DNA of 64,000 bases from an uncultured Gemmatimonadales bacterium (GTDB lineage Bacteria; Gemmatimonadota; Gemmatimonadetes; Longimicrobiales; RSA9). Position numbers and translations under genes: made by a program. Under the pieces are notes generated by a model. That model had not been told where the DNA came from and searched no databases. It saw nothing but the letters and a program-made list of their open reading frames with translations. Positions 61,482 to 64,000 of this stretch are shown in pieces (positions within the stretch are counted from its first letter, which is position 1; each line of letters begins with the position of its first letter). The DNA is taken from positions 864,001 to 928,000 of the forward strand of contig OY970192.1 in the NCBI GenBank assembly GCA_963708135.1, in the 5' to 3' direction.

Positions 61482-62683
61482 TCGCGCGGAAGAAGCGGGT
61501 CGTGCTGCTGGGTGCCTCCCGCTACTACACGTCCAGCATCGGCGTCGCGCGCGCGGCGGGCTACCACGTCATCGCGCTCGACCGGAACGCGGACGCGCCC
61601 GGGCTGGCGGCGGCGGACGAGGGCGTCGTCTGCGACATCGTGGACGGGCGCGCCGTGCTCGAGGTCGCTCGCGGTGTCGGCGCGGAGGGCATCGTGCCGC
61701 TCAACGACTACGGCGTGCCCACGGCGGCGCACGTTGCCGCGCGGCTCGGGCTCCCCGGCATCGGCGAGGAGGCCGCCTTCCTCGCCACGGACAAGTGGGC
61801 GATGCGGCGGCGCTGGATGGAGGCGGGGGTGCCCTGCCCGCCGATGGCGCTGGCACGCACCCCCGAGGAGTTCGACGCGGCCGCGGAGACCGTGGGGCTT
61901 CCCTGCATCCTGAAGCCGGCGCACGGAATCGGCGGCGGCAGCCGCGGCGTGATCGTGGTCCGGTCCGCCGGCGAGCTGCCCGCGGCCATTGCCTTCTCGC
62001 AGAGCTTCTACGACGACCCCGAGACGCTGGTCGAGGCGTTCGTGGACGCCGAGGTCGAGCATTCGGCCGAGGTGCTGATCGTCGATGGCTCGCCGCACGT
62101 CATTGCCATCGCGGACAAGGTGAAGACGCCGTTGCCGTACCGCGTCAACAAGACCGTGCTCTATCCAAGCCGGCTCCCCCCGGAGCGCCGCGAGCTGCTG
62201 CGCCGCACCATCGCGGATGCCGTACGGTCCCTCGGCCTCACTACTGGCGCCGCCCACGTCGAGCTCGCGTCCACCGCCGACGGCCCGCTCCTCTTCGAGC
62301 TGGGCGCCCGCTGCGGCGGCGGCGGCACCCCCGAACCCGTCGTCCGCTACGCCACCGGCGTGGACGAGGTGGTGGAGGTGGTGCGGATCCTCGTCGGCGA
62401 TACCCCCGCCAATCTCCGGCCGACGCTGGAGCGCGGCTGCGCCTACCACTTCCTGACTCCCGCGCCGGGGGTGGTCCGCGCCGTGCATGGGCTGGCGGAG
62501 GCGCGCAGCCGACGGGGGGTGCTCGACGCCGAGGTGTTCATCGGGCCGGGGGGCACCATCCCCGAGGTCCGCACGGGGCCGAACCGCGCCGGCTTCGTGA
62601 TCGCGGGTGCGGCCACCCGGGAAGGCGCGCTCCGCGTCGCCGCGGAGGCCGAGTCGCTCATCCGCTTCGAATACGTGAACTGA
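61478..62683 (+). CDS. ATP-grasp ligase
   Basis: TDKWAMR, ILKP...GGSRGV, VEAFV, EHSAE, FELGARCGG. Confidence 0.9.
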   Translation: MIARKKRVVLLGASRYYTSSIGVARAAGYHVIALDRNADAPGLAAADEGVVCDIVDGRAVLEVARGVGAEGIVPLNDYGVPTAAHVAARLGLPGIGEEAAFLATDKWAMRRRWMEAGVPCPPMALARTPEEFDAAAETVGLPCILKPAHGIGGGSRGVIVVRSAGELPAAIAFSQSFYDDPETLVEAFVDAEVEHSAEVLIVDGSPHVIAIADKVKTPLPYRVNKTVLYPSRLPPERRELLRRTIADAVRSLGLTTGAAHVELASTADGPLLFELGARCGGGGTPEPVVRYATGVDEVVEVVRILVGDTPANLRPTLERGCAYHFLTPAPGVVRAVHGLAEARSRRGVLDAEVFIGPGGTIPEVRTGPNRAGFVIAGAATREGALRVAAEAESLIRFEYVN

Positions 62684-62729
62684 GCCTTCCGCCTTCGCGC
62701 GGCGGCTTCCGGCCAGGGACATCGATCGC

Positions 62730-63962
62730 ATGCCGCACCAGCAGACCATCGGAGCACCGCAGCGCCGCGCGCGCCCCGTCCAGGCACCGTCCCCCGGGGA
62801 GCACCGGGTGTGCGCACGCTGCATCTACGACACGCGCATCCAGGGCATACATTTCGATGACGACGGCGTGTGCCAGTACTGCCGGCAGACGGAGGAGCTG
62901 AAGGCCCGGTACGGCACCGGCACCGCCGAGGGGCGGCGCCGGCTCGATGCCAGCCTCTCCGAGATCCGCGCCGCGGGGCGCGGCCGCCGCTACGACTGCG
63001 TGGTCGGCGTGAGCGGCGGGACCGACTCCTCCTTTCTGGTCGCGAAGGCCGTGGAATGGGGGCTCCGGCCGCTCGCCGTGCATTACGACAACACCTGGAA
63101 CTCCGCCATCGCGACGGAGAACATCCGCAAGGTGCTCGGCGCGCTGGACGTCAACCTCTACACGTACGTCATTGACAACCGCGAGGCGGACGACCTGTTC
63201 CGCTCCTTCTTTCTGGCGGGCGTGCTCGACCTCGACGCCTCCACGGACCTGGCGCTGGCGGAGATCATGTACCGCGCGGCCAGCGAGAACGGTGTCGGCT
63301 ACGTGCTGGAGGGCCACTCCTTCGTTGCCGAGGGAGTAGCGCCGCTCTCCTACGGCTATTTCGACGGCAGACTGATCGAGAGCATCCACCGCCGCTTCGG
63401 CCGGCTGCCGATGAGGACCTACCCGAACATGAAGTTCTGGACCTTCATGAAGTGGGTGCTCCTCAAGCGCATCCGGAAGGTGCGCCCCTTGTGGTACCTG
63501 GACTACTCGAAGCAGGAGGCGCGGGAGTTCCTGGAGCGGGAGTTCGGCTGGGAGTACTACGGCGGCCACCACCTGGAGAACCGGCTGAGCGAGTTCAGCC
63601 ACAAGTACTACCTGCCCCGGAAGTTCGGCATCGACCAGCGCAACAACAGCCTCTCGGCCGCTGTGCGCGCCGGCCGCATGGCGCGCGAGGATGCGCTGCG
63701 CGAGTACGCCACTCCGCCCACCCTCGCCCCCGAGATGCTCGCCTACACGCGCAAGCGCTTCGGCATGACCGAGGGCGAGTTCGAGGACGTCATGCGCCAG
63801 CCGCCCCACCGCTCGAGCGAGTACCCGACCTATAAGCCGACCTTCGAGCGGCTACGCCCGCTCTTCCGCGTGCTGGCCGAGCGCGACCTCGTGCCGATGA
63901 GCTTCTACCTGAAGTACTGTACGCCGGCCGAGCGCGCGCAGCCCGCGGCCGCCGCCCGATGA
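62730..63962 (+). CDS. N-acetyl sugar amidotransferase (WbuX/WbpG/PseA family)
   Basis: CARC..CQYC, YDCVVGVSGGTDSS, HYDNTWNS, YYGGHHLE, KFGIDQR. Confidence 0.92.
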   Translation: MPHQQTIGAPQRRARPVQAPSPGEHRVCARCIYDTRIQGIHFDDDGVCQYCRQTEELKARYGTGTAEGRRRLDASLSEIRAAGRGRRYDCVVGVSGGTDSSFLVAKAVEWGLRPLAVHYDNTWNSAIATENIRKVLGALDVNLYTYVIDNREADDLFRSFFLAGVLDLDASTDLALAEIMYRAASENGVGYVLEGHSFVAEGVAPLSYGYFDGRLIESIHRRFGRLPMRTYPNMKFWTFMKWVLLKRIRKVRPLWYLDYSKQEAREFLEREFGWEYYGGHHLENRLSEFSHKYYLPRKFGIDQRNNSLSAAVRAGRMAREDALREYATPPTLAPEMLAYTRKRFGMTEGEFEDVMRQPPHRSSEYPTYKPTFERLRPLFRVLAERDLVPMSFYLKYCTPAERAQPAAAAR

Positions 63963-64000
63963 TCGTCATCGTCGATTACGGCATGGGCAACCTCGGCTCG
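63959..64000 (+). CDS. HisH-like glutamine amidotransferase (glycan-cluster paralog), 3'-truncated by the window edge
   Basis: MIVIVDYGMGNLGS; ATGA overlap with the amidotransferase. Confidence 0.85.
   Translation, partial: MIVIVDYGMGNLGS

Noticed and set aside
63959..64000. Start of a histidine biosynthesis operon
   Set aside because: Directly coupled to a WbuX-type amidotransferase, the usual context of glycan-cluster HisH paralogs.

Overview
Very GC-rich bacterial chromosome segment. Gene content and order suggest Gemmatimonadota, possibly Longimicrobiales-like (inference). Most of it is a + strand housekeeping backbone: gmhA, SDR, nadE, cca, rarA, hflX, pdxJ, ispE, tRNA-Gln, prs, rplY, pth, membrane PPase, ychF, rpsF, rpsR, yybS, rplI, rsfS, an Omp85-family gene, smc and aroF. 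It ends in a large surface-glycan biosynthesis cluster (47.98-64 kb) that runs off the window. Best candidate for an undescribed system: a minus-strand three-gene operon at 22.46-28.88 kb encoding a TPR/CsgG-like lipoprotein, an outer-membrane beta-barrel and a 1329-aa Ig-like lipoprotein with four near-identical CnaB/SpaA-like repeats. It is preceded by a sigma70 promoter, a 19-aa uORF and an intrinsic terminator about 35 nt before the first start codon, which looks like an attenuator-controlled surface-lipoprotein export or anchoring module. Other notable items: a 1.06-kb intergenic repeat mosaic (8 x 61-bp palindromic units plus a 3-repeat type I-E-like CRISPR remnant, no cas genes), a G7 frameshift in cca, a probable ATC start for hflX, an SMC with a shortened hinge, a pseudo-ATPase-TM-SPOR protein coupled to smc, and a D-to-N change in the YchF G3 motif. 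All calls come from motif recognition by eye; no searches were run.
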